DNA from: Rhina ancylostomus
Taxonomy: Eukaryota
Direction: 5' to 3'
DNA length: 64,000 nucleotides
NCBI GenBank assembly: GCA_030265395.1
Contig: JARFYF010000074.1
Coordinates: 74,002,547 to 74,066,546, forward strand
In this document: piece after piece, positions 23,280 through 36,099 of the stretch
Numbering within the stretch: the stretch's first letter is position 1
How the letters are laid out: each line of letters starts with the position of its first letter
The notes under the pieces: model-generated
Seen by the model: the letters and a program-made list of their open reading frames with translations, nothing else
The model's database searches: none
What the model was told of the DNA's origin: nothing
Made by a program: the position numbers and the translations under genes

Positions 23280-23879
23280 CTGTAATAGGACAAAAGATAG
23301 TTAAGAGCTAACGAAATCCCCAAAGAATGTAGAACCAGAAAGAATATACAACTAAATTTCATGCAACAACCTGATGAATGCTCATCAACCAAAACAGTGA
23401 CTCTCTTCCTTTCACCACAAATGCCAGTTGATCTGAGTATCTATAGCATTTTGNNNNNNNNNNNNNNNNNNNNNNNNNNNNNNNNNNNNNNNNNNNNNNN
23501 NNNNNNNNNNNNNNNNNNNNNNNNNNNNNNNNNNNNNNNNNNNNNNNNNNNNNTTTTGTTTTTATAACAAATGATTACCAAGTTTTAATTTGTTCCTGAC
23601 TGTACGTACAGCTGTCTGTAATCCTATTATGAAGACACTGCCATTGCATTTAGGCTACCACATGATGATGAGCAGTTAAAGCAAGTAGCAAAGTTATCAT
23701 GCTTTCTATATTCACAATTACTTGCTATATGCAAGAGAGCACTTATATCAGAAGGAATAACATCATTTGCAAAATTACTTTGAATGTTACATCATATTCT
23801 GGTATTCATTTTATTTATAGAAGTTGAATGCAAATCAAATGGAACACATTACATGTCAGCTAAATTTCAAGAGGACCGG

Positions 23880-24330
23880 ACAAGGAACTGTTCTTGTTGA
23901 TAAGCAGGCTGTTCAGCCCATCACGCCTGTCACCCTTTTGTAGGAGCTAACCTATCCACCAGTCGTCTTTGCACTTTTTAACATACCTCTACCATTATTT
24001 ATTTGGTTCTCTTTTGCTACTATGAGATCTGCTTCCCGGACCACTAAATTCCAGATCACAGAATAATATACATGAAAAAAAGCTCACTTCATCTTACCTC
24101 TGGTTCTTTTGTGAATTACCTTGCACCTCTTCTCTGGTTGCTTATCCTTCTGCCACTAGAAAGAACTTCTACTGACTGACTCTATGAAATCCCTACCAAG
24201 AATTTGAACACTTCTAATAAATATCCTCTGTTCTCAGGAGAATAACTTCCCCTTCTAGTCTCAAAGTGAGCAAAATTTTGGCTCACTGATGCCATTCTAA
24301 TAAATCTACTATGCCACCTCACTGATGTAC
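23880..24330 (-). mobile_element. decayed CR1 3' end
   Basis: Plus strand aggctgttcagcccatc...aaattccagatc...aagaatttgaacacttcta; reverse frame LLEVFKFLVG. Confidence 0.55.
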
Positions 24331-24964
24331 TGTATTGATTCTGGTCCACTTCAGCATTAAATTGACACATAAAGTAAACAACAGATGGTAAACAGAATTG
24401 TCATAGATGAGCAGAGGTAGTCAGTCTTTCGATTGGAATGTTATACTTTACATCTGGCTTAGAAACCCTGACCAGCAAATATGTAACACCCAACGGTAAG
24501 AACAGTAATATATTTTATACAATGGCACAAAAGGTAGTCTGATGGTAATATTGCTTTACAAAATCTAAGTTTTAATATTCAAGTTTCTCCCCAACCTTAA
24601 ATCTACAAATAATTTATTTCTGTGTTAAGGGTTGATCAGATCCCAGCAATACCCAAGTATTCATTTTACACTCAAAGAAGTCAGACTTTAGGTGCAGTAA
24701 CAAGCTTTTTACTAAAACAGGCAAGTCAAACCCAGCTCAGGTCTCACAATGACAATATCTATCCACTGCCCAGCAGCAATCAGAGGATATAAACTAAAGT
24801 TCAAATCATAAGCTGATTTCTCTCTTTTTCCATGGGTTCTATGTTTGACAAGAAGCTAGTTCTTGTACACTGAAAACTAGATAATTTGTACATTGGTCTA
24901 ATCTGTGAAGTCAAGTACTTAATCCAAAGCAACAAGTTAATTTTCATTGATAAGATATACTTAC

Positions 24965-25065
24965 ATTCAAAGATTCTATCTGGCCAAACTCTTCCAAAAG
25001 ATTTGCAACATCCTGCTGTGTTGCCCTTTTATCCAGCTGTCCTATCCAGAGCGTTGTGCTGCAAA
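24965..25065 (-). CDS. SCAF4: SCAF4 exon 13 (RRM start, RNP2)
   Basis: tatctccag|TT TGC AGC...TTG AAT|gtaagt; VCSTTLWIGQLDKRATQQDVANLLEEFGQIESLN; 101 nt. Confidence 0.96.
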
Positions 25066-25375
25066 CTGGAGATAAGATGAAAAGCTTAAATATGGAATAT
25101 TTTACCTTAGCAACATGAAAAAAATGTTTTAATAATAGGGTTGATTTGAATGTACAAAGCAGGAATCCCACTTAAATTTAGTGAATTCACTTTCAGACAC
25201 TTATGATCTTAAATAAAATTTATGAACATCAAACTATTATTATTGGCAGGACAATTATATCGGCAGGACAATGTACGTAAACTACATTGATGGCAGAATG
25301 CTCCTTTAAAGATAGAATAAAATATGTCGATGGTCCAAGTAACAAAGGATTTTCTGCTGGACTCAATTCACCCAC

Positions 25376-25566
25376 CGCTGACAATTTTAGACTTAATTGG
25401 TGGAAGCCCTTTTTGCCGCCGTTCTCGCTCCTTTTCTCGTTCACGTCTTTCTTGACTTCGGGATCGAGGAGAGTGCCTACGTCTTTCTCTGGATCGTGAT
25501 CGAGAACGTTTATGTCTTGATCTTCGGGACCTAGAACCAGAGCGAGAACGTCTCCTCTTTGGTGAT
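25376..25566 (-). CDS. SCAF4: SCAF4 exon 12 (RS domain)
   Basis: ttcccacag|A TCA CCA...AGC G|gtgggt; SPKRRRSRSGSRSRRSRHKRSRSRSRERRRHSPRSRSQERREREKERERRQKGLPPIKSKIVS; 191 nt. Confidence 0.96.
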
Positions 25567-26549
25567 CTGTGGGAAATAGAAGAGAGAATTGCTTTATGTT
25601 CCACATCACCTCTTACAATCCATTTGCATTTTAACTGTCAAGTCTTCTGAACAAATACAGGACCACCCTGTTCCAAATCCATCCTGTTTGATAGCCAGAA
25701 CTGAATGTCAATGCTAAGAATTAAAGACAGCACTGTTCTCAGTACTCATGTTCCCTAGCTGACTCAGCTAGGATGCCTATTAACAATTATAAACAAACAA
25801 GAGTCTCAATTAATTGAAACCAGATTTCAGAAATGAAACAAAATTGTGCAAAGTTGATTAATACACCTACTTTGCCGTATTCTGTTAGGATTTTTAGCTT
25901 TTTAAGTTATTAAATCTATAAATTTGCATTTCAAACTTCCAAAATGTGACTTTATATTCTGAATTTTTCCTCTAACCTTCTACCATAAGGTTTAACAGTG
26001 AAGTGCAAAAACTATGGCTATTTAACATTAATTTTGAGTGTAACAGCGTAATCAACCGTCAAATTTAATGTTTAATTAGGAGAAGAAACAACATTTAGAG
26101 TAACTGACAATGGAAGTTTACCAAAAATAAACTATCATCCAGATTGACGAGTATTTTAACTGCCAATATACGATACAAAAGTCTGTAATTTACCACCACC
26201 ATTTCTTCCCCAGCATCATATTTCACCAATCTCCATTGGTTAATCATGGAGACAATTTGTGAAAATGTGCTAAATTAAGTGTGAAATGAATTTTCACTTG
26301 CTTGTGTTTCGCTCCTGAGGGCAATGAACATTTAAATTGTAGTCATTGAACACTTTAAAATATTCAAGTGGAATTAAGATTACGCTGAATGAGAAGGAAA
26401 TCCAGACAATGCAGAATAGGAGACACGATATACTGTGACACATCCACAAGGATCTGGCTCAGAAGCTGCTAGTTCAGAGTAACAATGATTAAAGAAGGAG
26501 GCAGGAAACTAAATTATTTGCTGAGTGCAAACAGAAGAGAACGTAAAGT

Positions 26550-27980
26550 TATTTGCTCACTTTTATAAGGAATGCATATAAGGAAGTACACCATTTAAAT
26601 CCTTAAACTTGACCTCAATGCGTTTATGGGGAACTGGGACCTAATTTCTTCTGCCAGCTCCTGCTCCATATCCCTTGAATATGGAACAGGTTAACATTCC
26701 ATATTCAATCACTGACTTAAAAATAAACAATTTATCCAGCATCAATTACCAAGATTGTTCCAAACTTCTACCACCCTTTGTGTCCAGGGCTAATTATCAG
26801 GGTATACCTACTGTTGGACTCCCCAAGAAGCAGAAAATAATTTCTCTTGATCACTTCTCCTCAACATCTTGAAACATTCGGTCATATCTGTCATTCTGGC
26901 AAATCACATTGCACACCCTCCAAGACCTTCCCAGCTGTATTTACCAGATCTGCTCAAATAACTCCAAAATGACCTGGCCAGGTCTTTATACAGCAGCAAC
27001 ACAACCTCTGCAGCCCAGGCCCTAGACAACATTCCACTAGCAATTCCAATGATGCTCTGCATTAGCTGAAAACACTGTTAAAATGTATTTTATTAAAATA
27101 TTCAAAAGGTATGTAGTGTAAAATATTCCAGTGTACATTTTCTTAATGTCACATTATTGCCATTACTTAACATCAGCAAATCATTGGTTATCATTCATTC
27201 ATAGCATAAGAATGAAGTAGTAGCATGACCATAAACCTCTCCATATACATATTGCATCCATAACATGTTTTTGCTCTGAAATACCCAAGAGTATCAGAGG
27301 GCACCTTTCACTACATTCACAGCAACTGATGTTCCTTTCAGCGTATCCCCCTAGGAAGTGCCCATAAAGCACAGGGACCCATGTAAAGCAGCTGTCTAGA
27401 ACAAGCCTTGACAAATGTCCGAGTCTCCTCCCAGAACTTCATGGCAAAGATGCATTCTCTCAGCAGGTGGGTCATGACCTCATTCCCCACACATCTCAAT
27501 ATATCCTTCCCAGCTGTATTTACCAATATTCCACCTAAAGGTTTGAAGGGTTTTGCAAAAGGAACCAGGCAAGGTCTTTGTGTTCAACTTTGACAGTCTG
27601 GTCAGGGAACCATCTCACAGGATGCACTATCTCAATTGCCTTCAGGGCACATATGACATATTATGCAGACCACTACTTAATTGATTTGTGAATACACTCT
27701 TCTACATTTTAATGATCCACATTCACAAAATCCAAGACTTATTTGGATCTCTACAATTTCCAGCTTTTACCACAAGTATTCTGTTCTATTCTCTTTTGCT
27801 CCCAAGCGCCAAACCTCACAGAACGCTTGTTCAACCCATTCGCCCTTGATATATGAAATTCAATGCTTCTGATTCTGTTTGCAAAGTTGGTCCTCCCTAT
27901 GCCACCGCCATACTCAGAATATGCAGCTTTCCACTCCATCATTTAAGTCATTAATATTGTATACAGTTATGGTCCCAACA
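26550..27980 (-). mobile_element. decayed CR1 remnants with an internal unrelated segment
   Basis: CR1-like 3' end near 26650-26900; RT-like tttgcaaa...catcatttaagtcattaatat...ggtcccaacatggatccttg near 27880-27990 (reverse QGSMLGP). Confidence 0.55.
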
Positions 27981-28086
27981 TGGATCCTTGCACGAGATAT
28001 ACAGTTACACTCTTGAAGCTGCTTCAAGTACATTCATATACTGCAACTACTTAATATAGTTTGCTGACTCTTAGTGTATTACTAAC

Positions 28087-28178
28087 CTGGATCCAGATCG
28101 AGTGCGTGATCGTCTATTTTCAACACTACGACGTTTTGTTTCATGCATATCAGGCTTTTCAATCTCCATATCTACTTC
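28087..28178 (-). CDS. SCAF4: SCAF4 exon 11
   Basis: ttttcaag|GAA GTA GAT...TCC AG|gttagt; EVDMEIEKPDMHETKRRSVENRRSRTRSGS(R); 92 nt. Confidence 0.92.
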
Positions 28179-28260
28179 CTTGAAAACAAGAACAAATTCA
28201 GTGATCATTTTGTTGGGACCAGTTAAAGTAATTTATATCACAAATGTTAATTAAGCTCAC

Positions 28261-28434
28261 TTGTTGTTGCTGCTGCTGCTGTTGCTGCGGTACTTCAGTG
28301 GGAGTATGGTAGTCTTGCTGAAAAACAGGCTGTAAAGGTGGTACAGGAGGCATAGTAGGCTGAGGCATAGCTGCATAAGGATGAACAGGAACCATCCCAT
28401 AAGTCGGTAATTGGCCATTGGGAGGTGGAGGCAT
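28261..28434 (-). CDS. SCAF4: SCAF4 exon 10 (P/Q-rich, ends in Q9)
   Basis: tatttcag|ATG CCT...CAA CAA|gtgagc; MPPPPNGQLP...EVPQQQQQQQQQ; 174 nt. Confidence 0.92.
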
Positions 28435-29189
28435 CTGAAATAAAATAAATAACCATGTTGGACTTGGGTGACCTTGGGATGAATATACCCATCCTTACCA
28501 TCTGAATTCTAACTTATTCAGGTTAAGCTTCAATTTATCTTACAGGGAAAGCAGAAATGAAATAACCTTTTTGAAAAGCGCATATTTTCCCCTTTAAGTT
28601 ATGACAACCCACCATGCCTCCAAATAATGCACTGAAAGACTGGTTTCTTTGCTGATCAATGCAATTTTGGAATTACTTAATCCTTAAAGATGGTTATTAA
28701 AAGCAACAAAACAATTTCACATTTGTACACTAAAGCAAATATTCCTTTTGCAACCATCAGGAGGATAATGAAGAACCCAATAAAAATCGGAGAAGGCCTC
28801 ATATATGGTAAATGTATTTCACCAAATTCATAAATTTCCTTTTCCAAGTTTAATAATTTTTCTAACTTATTCTCAAAGGTTCCCAAGGACTTAATAAAAA
28901 TAACCCACTGTGCTATGGGCAAGCAAGGAGAAAGGTCATTCTATTCAGAGTACTGATCACTGGTGCCAAAAGTGAAGATTGTCTGCTCTGAGAGGATTTT
29001 CCACGTTATCCACCTGATGCTATTCAACACACATATATTCATCGAAACCATCTTCAATGAAGAGAAATAAAAATGATTCACTTTTGATATAACACAATAG
29101 TCAACATACTTTGTTTCTCTATTTAATATGCTATGTTTCTCAGTGAAACAAACAAAATATTTAGAGGGTCCAATTGGGTGCATGCATAG

Positions 29190-29490
29190 ATGAAGTTTCC
29201 CCTGGCTGGGATTCCAGGAACAGGCATCAAGGTTTGAAAGTGGAGGGCCAATCAGGATTGGGCTGAAGAAATGTCTTCAGCCAGGAGGTTCTGAATCTTT
29301 GGGAGACTCAGTGGAGAATCAGTTATGTAATATATTCACAAAGAGCTTAACAGATTGTTGGATCATAAGAGAATCAAGGAATATGTGGTTTGTGAGGGAA
29401 AGTCGCACTGAGACGAAGTCAGCCACAAACTTAGTGAAGAGCGCAGTGGGCGCAAGGAACTGAATGGCCCAGAAAAGCCATAGTTTCTTC
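29190..29490 (+). mobile_element. decayed CR1 3' end
   Basis: tttcccctggctggg...gaatctttgg...aaggaactgaatggcc. Confidence 0.6.
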
Positions 29491-29845
29491 TGCTTTACAA
29501 GAATATGTACTAAGTACTCCATAAATTATTAAAGGATTACTTCAGCTGGCTACTTAATTTGCATCAGTGGAAAAAGGTCATTGTGAAGTTGCTGCATAAC
29601 TAGTTAAATATATTTAGATTTTGTTCCAATAAGAGGGAGGGAATGTGGAAGTTCATATTGTTTCTTACAGTGGGGACTATTTAATTGGTCTTCCTGTTCT
29701 AGATTTGTATTATCCAATTTCGATATTGTAAATATTAATCACAATGCTCCCATATTCAAGAATCTGAATTAAACAGCTAATACATATAAATTCTTCAGTG
29801 AAAAACGTTTTTATTCCAGGATTTTAAGCTCCTGCATTCGCTAAC

Positions 29846-29966
29846 CTGTTGTTGCAATGTCTCCTGTTGAAGACCCATCAAAGTTTGCTGAAATTGTTCC
29901 ATATTTGGCAGTCGTATTCCAAGCTGCTGATACATAGGCGGCTGTATACCTTCTCCAGAATAGCCA
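29846..29966 (-). CDS. SCAF4: SCAF4 exon 9
   Basis: aattttag|T GGC TAT...CAA CAG|gttagc; (F)GYSGEGIQPPMYQQLGIRLPNMEQFQQTLMGLQQETLQQQ; 121 nt. Confidence 0.9.
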
Positions 29967-30278
29967 CTAAAATTAAGCAGACAAAATAAACAACAGTTTA
30001 ATTCAGCACACTAGAACACCCATTGAAAATACCGACAGAATGCCGAGTTCTTCATGCACCAAAACTATACATATTAGAGGTTTTCATGTAGTAAACAATT
30101 TGATACTGTGCATAAATAGCAGCATAGCCATGAAGGTGGCAGTAGAATTACTGCATCTAATTCAAATAATTTAACTAATTATGTAAAATGTGTCACATTT
30201 ACATTAAGTATAGATAACTCATGAAACAGATTGTCAGTAAGAGCACGAGTTCAGGGCAATCAGTTCATTGGCACTTAC

Positions 30279-30373
30279 AAAGAAGTTTGAGCAGGTGGAG
30301 GAGTAGACTCTTCTTTCTTTACTTCATCAACTTGTTCTGGCTCATCATCATAATCAAATCGGTCAAGCAATTT
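30279..30373 (-). CDS. SCAF4: SCAF4 exon 8
   Basis: acgacag|AAA TTG CTT...TCT TT|gtaagt; KLLDRFDYDDEPEQVDEVKKEESTPPPAQTS; conserved KLLDRFDYDDEPE motif. Confidence 0.95.
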
Positions 30374-30560
30374 CTGTCGTAAAATTATGAACAATCTGTC
30401 ATGATTTCATTTTGTTTTCACTTATGGGGAAAGCCCCTAAAGTAGTTATTCTATATTTTAACCATCTGCTTATACAAATGTGACCAGGCTCCTCAATACT
30501 AAATATTGATTTGTCCTTGAACATTGTGCTTTGCACCATACTTCAGCTGTTTCTCCATAC

Positions 30561-30710
30561 CTTGTCAAAGGCAGCTTTCTGCTCTGGAGGCTGTGTACTG
30601 GGTGGTTTCAATTGAGCAGTTATTGCCTCCACTTGAGACATTATGGCGCTGTCTACAATGGGTGACTGCGGTTTTGGAGCCTGCTGGAAGTTCTGCAAGA
30701 TCTGCTGTAT
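30561..30710 (-). CDS. SCAF4: SCAF4 exon 7
   Basis: actttag|ATA CAG...GAC AAG|gtatgg; IQQILQNFQQAPKPQSP...EQKAAFDK; 150 nt. Confidence 0.95.
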
Positions 30711-31311
30711 CTAAAGTAGAAAAAAAAATTAGCTTAACCTTTAATATACAAAGATAAAAAATGACTGGAATTGCATGTTACAGAACACAATGCGACCCAG
30801 ACACAAAAGTCAAAAGATAATGAATCCTTCAACTTTTTTCTCCATATGCTGCACCATTTTCAGGTTATACCATTTTAAGTTACTGCCTGTTCATGTTTAT
30901 TGCACAGGGAGCAACTTAAAACCAATCTGAAACAGCACAAAAAAAACCTCTACTTACACTGCATTTACCTCAAACTAAGTATCTCAAAGCAGTTAATATT
31001 TATGTGTTTATTTCTCTTTTAAGGTGAAGATTAGAATTGAACAAATCAAATCAAATTGCTGGCACTGTCAGTTTTGAAATTCCAGAGTTTAGTCAGTTTT
31101 TCAGGATAAAATACCCAACTATTAATTTGGCAAATGCACGAAAAGACTCGGTTTCTATTCAGTATCACTGCAATAAGGTAGAAAATAGAACTTGACTCTC
31201 CCTATTTCAAAGCAATATACATAAATATTCAATTTATAGTGGCATTAATATAATGTACAGAGAACATCAACTGAGTGACTTTGCATATAAATGCTACAAG
31301 TCGTGTTTTAC

Positions 31312-31451
31312 CTGTGCTCCTTGCGTTGACTGAAAAAGCTGAGCGACAGCTACAAAAGCATCAGAAGTGGGTAGCTGTTGTTGCATTGCAGATAAAGAAT
31401 CAGAAGTAATCTGAGGAATTTGTGCAGGTGTGGGAGGAGCAACAGGGGGAC
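31312..31451 (-). CDS. SCAF4: SCAF4 exon 6
   Basis: ttcctctag|GT CCC CCT...GCA CAG|gtaaaa; SPPVAPPTPAQ...LPTSDAFVAVAQLFQSTQGAQ; 140 nt. Confidence 0.93.
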
Positions 31452-32721
31452 CTAGAGGAAAAAAATATACTTTGAAATAACTGAACCTTAATTCTCTGCA
31501 ACATCCAATTGATAATATTGCTAAAAACCAAATAACACTAAAGATATATCACTTTATCATAAAACCTTACTCTTGCACAGATCGCAAAAAAGAATAAAAA
31601 CTGTAAATATCCCTTTCCCATAGACTTGGGCTTCTAATTGAGGAACTGAGTTGTTCAGTTTGAACTAACTGATTTCACGGTAAGTGCAAGTTAGGGTGCT
31701 ACATTTCAGCTCATCATCCTGGGTTTGATAAATGTCAAAATGCCAAGGTCCGCACTCCAAATCCCAATTCAATAACTCTTGCAGGATGCACAGTTATCAT
31801 CTGGTCACAGATAGAACTGGTCTTTGATTCGTTCAGAAACCAAAACTTAGTGGAACTTGCAAGCTGGGGTCACATATCAAAATTGCAGAAGACCCGCAAT
31901 TTTGTCAAAAAAGGCTGATGGTTTTGTGCAGGACTGCAAGCTTTATCTCTGTAAATATACAGCATTTCTCTCATTTGTGTGCAAGGGTATACCGAGCTGA
32001 ATTTTCATACTTCCATGACATTCCAACGACACTCCAGGTTTGGACTCTTCATGAAGTCCTAGAATAGAGCACAACGCCTACATTATGCTGCAACACATGC
32101 CCACTGGACCCAAGTACTTCAGATTCCATTTATTTCAATGGCGAGAAATAGCTACAAAGGAAAGAGGTTGTTTCAAATAATTTATTTGTTTTTGATTTGT
32201 TAATGTAAATTTATTTAATTATTGCTTTCTTCAGTATTTTCATTTTGATTTTAAATTCTTAATTTTGAAAATTAAGAGTATATCAGGCTCCTTGGCTGCT
32301 AGTATGTACTCGGGTGTGACTCCATCTGTCAAAGCACATTGTTCAGAATTACAATTGGAGAAGGCTCCACTGCTTGAGGCCTTGCAGAGATTGGAACCAG
32401 CTTCCTTGTGTGGGATCGTATAGGGGGACTTAAGCAAAGTAGTTTATTTAGTGGCAAGGTTAGCAGCAATCATAGGCAAGAAGCAACTCCCAAGGAAATT
32501 TTGGGTTAATGACATGGAGAGGGTACTAAAAACTGCATTTGTTGTAATGTCCTGTATAGAACTGAAAAAGCCCATTTCTGTAGAGGAAACCTGATTCGAA
32601 TAGTTAACTACCCTGCAAATTGAGGTAAAGAATAAGTACATTATGAAGCTAATTCACTGTGGTGTCGTAATTATATTGCACTATTTTTAAACAAACTATT
32701 CAACAGTGAACTCCTACTTAC

Positions 32722-32863
32722 TTGTATTATTAGGAGCATTTTCCAGAGCAGGTGGAGCAGAAGTTGGCGTCGTCCCAGCTGCCATGTCTAATAGTGGCTG
32801 AATAACTTCTATCTTGAAGACGCAATTCTTTTGCCATAAGTTCAAAACACGAACGATCTTACT
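32722..32863 (-). CDS. SCAF4: SCAF4 exon 5 (end of CID)
   Basis: taaacag|AGT AAG...ACA A|gtaagt; SKIVRVLNLWQKNCVFKIEVIQPLLDMAAG...; 142 nt. Confidence 0.96.
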
Positions 32864-33586
32864 CTGTTTAAACAAAATAACACAGTGACTCTTTGACTGA
32901 TGCATATACCAAACAGTAACATCCCTGTGATGTGTTAATATTTTCACACATCTTCGCGACGTTGACATTCACCTCAGAGTACACTTTTCTGATTGATCTT
33001 ACACTGTTACTGGTTGAAAAATTGTTGAGAGCATGGAAAACTGAAAGTTAATATTANNNNNNNNNNNNNNNNNNNNNNNNNNNNNNNNNNNNNNNNNNNN
33101 NNNNNNNNNNNNNNNNNNNNNNNNNNNNNNNNNNNNNNNNNNNNNNNNNNNNNNNNTATTTAACATACTGGATGGCAGTTATTCCTACAGATTTGCGAAT
33201 ATTAAGAATCTTTAGAATCATGACAGAAATCTTTATTTAATAAGAAATTAATGCATTGCACTTGGGAGATTATATTTCAAAAACTGTACCATTTCATTAA
33301 TTCCCATTGTCTGCCACTTAGCTTGTAACCAAAAGGTACATCTTCCTAATTTTATTCCTTTAAACAGCCTCTTCATGCTTATCCCTAGATTGGAAAAACA
33401 AATTCCACAACTATGTATTTTTCACAACTGCCACTCATCATTGTTGTCAGTAAGGTTTTAATGACATGATAAAGTGCAACTTTAATCAGAAATCCAGACC
33501 AAAACATTTTGAAGCAAAAATACTAACCACACCAAATCAAACTATGGTAGTCCTGAAAATATCTACTGCCTGGATAATGCACTTAC

Positions 33587-33748
33587 CTTCTCATCAGATG
33601 GGCATTTATACAAATACTGGAATGTCGCAGTGATGTTTTTACTGAAGCGTGGCCCAAAAACATCTTTTTCTGCTCCAAATTGATGACGGGACTGACGAAC
33701 AATAGAGTCGACAACATACAATCCTGGAACTTTGAATTCTGGTTTGCA
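33587..33748 (-). CDS. SCAF4: SCAF4 exon 4 (CID, DSI motif)
   Basis: cttgcag|TGC AAA...GAG AAG|gtaagt; CKPEFKVPGLYVVDSIVRQSRHQFGAEKDVFGPRFSKNITATFQYLYKCPSDEK; 162 nt. Confidence 0.97.
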
Positions 33749-33854
33749 CTGCAAGATAAACAATTAAAAAGGTTAAATATTCCAATTTAAACAGATTTGG
33801 ACAAATGGAATTATTTATTGCTAACAAATAAAAAAATTCAATAATGTTTCTCAC

Positions 33855-33899
33855 CTTTTTAATAAACTTCTCTACAATTTGCACAACATGCTTGTAAAG
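33855..33899 (-). CDS. SCAF4: SCAF4 exon 3 (CID)
   Basis: tctttcag|CTT TAC AAG...AAA AAG|gtgaga; LYKHVVQIVEKFIKK; 45 nt. Confidence 0.96.
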
Positions 33900-34322
33900 C
33901 TGAAAGACAGAAATATTATTATAGGCCTGTTTATCATCTCTCTAAACATTCAGTCAGATCTTTACTTCTAGCTTATTCATGATATAAATTTTATCTTCCC
34001 ACATGAACACTAGTTCACTTGGATCTGACTTAATTTGTAACTCTATGGCCAGGGAATTGTTGAATCATTTAGATTTAACTATACTTATCAACAGCCATGT
34101 TTAGCATTAAATGACATGAAATGCAATTTATTAAAAACATTCAAGTGCATAAAAGAAACATTACTTCATTCTTTTACCCCATGAGACTTTAGAGGGGAAG
34201 AACATAACCTCATGCAAATGCAGTGGACTTAGTCTATACCAGAAATTGAAAAGGAAAAACAGAGAGGAATAACATGAAAACAAAGGCAGGAATATAATGG
34301 TGACTCAAACAAGATTTCTTAC

Positions 34323-34406
34323 CTTAATAGCTTTAATGGCAGCTTTTGTGATAAGGATCATTTTTGCCCGAGAAATAGGTGGCTTTAGTTCCATCAAGGA
34401 AAAGAG
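34323..34406 (-). CDS. SCAF4: SCAF4 exon 2 (CID start)
   Basis: gttttag|CTC TTT...ATT AAG|gtaaga; LFSLMELKPPISRAKMILITKAAIKAIK, which is SCAF4-type (MILITK) rather than SCAF8-type. Confidence 0.96.
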
Positions 34407-35609
34407 CTAAAACAAACAAGAAAATCAAAATTAATCAGGTTGCATAGAATTCAAAGTTTGTTTATATATACCTTATAAAAGGGAGCACCGCATCGTCTAG
34501 AATACAGTATGTTGGCATTTCCTGCTGCATGGGACATTTTGCCACAACGGAAAGCTAAAAAATATGCAGTACTAAGTAATTTAGGATTTCAGAAAATCTA
34601 TTTTACAACCATGTCCTGCAAGGTCTCAAATGTACAATGGCAATATCTCAAACCTGCCCAGTATTTCTGTTGCAGAACAGTACCTTAACTTTCAGAATGC
34701 ACTATCTACTGAAGGCATCAGTCAGGAAATCAACTAACAGGAGAGTGAAAAATCACCTCCACTCATTTATGTCACACATTTCCAATGAAAACAAATCATT
34801 CTGATTTGCAATAAGGTTTACGAAGGTCACAAAAAAAAAATCACTTGCTAACTCATGGTACAATTTCCTTGACATATGTTTGCAGATGTTAAAAATGTAT
34901 CGAAGAATAACGAGTCCAAGTAAATCCATCAAAATTGATAATCTGGCAATTGCTGAGAACAAAACTCTTTCGCTTTCAGCAAATTTATTTAAAAAGATTG
35001 ATTTCAGCCAGCCATACAATTCTCCTTCAAATACCCTTCTAAATAAATCTTTAAGTTTTGTTATTTGGAAATTTAATATAATTCAAACTGCCTCCTATCA
35101 AGCAAGGATAGACTTATTATTAAAACGAGTCAAGCACATTCTTCTTCACCTCCACAATTTAAAATCACATTGGCATATCTATGGTCTTCAAAAAAGTTGA
35201 AAATCAATAACATTAATTTTCAAGTATTTATATACAATTTCCAAAAAGAGTTCTTAAGATAACAATTAATGAATAAATCCTTCATTAATGTGATAACTTT
35301 TCCCCAAGAATTTTGTAATATCAAATGAATTTTCAAAGAAAAATTACAATTGAAACAATGTGATATCAGCAAGGGACATTTAACAATCTTAAGTGGATGA
35401 AAATTTAACAGCATAATTTTACAGTCATGTCCAGCAAATATGAATTTCTAAATATACTTACAGAATTAAAATTACCTGATTCTCAAATATTCATTTATTA
35501 AGATTATGTAATGGTACTCGAAATATGACTAAATAGTCAACCACATAATGAATTACAAAACAATTCAAGTCAAATATCACAATATCATTTGGTATTATCT
35601 AGGGATAAA

Positions 35610-35940
35610 GCAGTGTCATGGCTTGGCTACTGGATTTGTAGCTGGAGGCCAGGATCGCTAATCGAGAAACACAAGCTCAAATCTCGCAACAGCTGGGAAA
35701 TTTAAATTCAATTAACTAAACCAGATATTTTTTTGCCCCAAAGAACTAATCTCAGTTACTGTGAAGCTACTGGACTGTTGTAAAAGCCATGTGGTTCACT
35801 TCAGGGAAGGAAAGCTGCTATTCTTACCTGGGCCTGGTTTGAGACTCCACCTCCAATGTGATTGACTCTTAGCTGTCTTCTGAATTCAGGTACAATTAAG
35901 GATGGATGGTAAATGCTGGCATTGTAAGCCATGCCCCCTT
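35610..35940 (+). mobile_element. old chondrichthyan SINE
   Basis: gggaaatttaaattcaattaa...tggttcac...agggaaggaaagctgctattcttacctgg...gattgactcttagctg...ggatgg...aaatgctggc pattern recalled from shark SINEs; family name uncertain. Confidence 0.6.
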
Positions 35941-36099
35941 AACAATTCCTCATTCCAGGAATTCAGTGAGCCTATGCTACACTGCCTCCAAGGCAAATAT
36001 ATCCTCCTTTTGACATCAAGACCGAAACGGCCTGACTTGTTACATCTTCAAGAGACCATTAAATTGGTGATAAATGATCTTCCTAAATTGATCCTGTGT

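Noticed and set aside
34880-35200. 106-aa ORF antisense within intron 1 (also 49573, 53333, 53433, 56768)
   Set aside because: No recognisable domain or splice pattern; composition is typical of random AT-rich ORFs.
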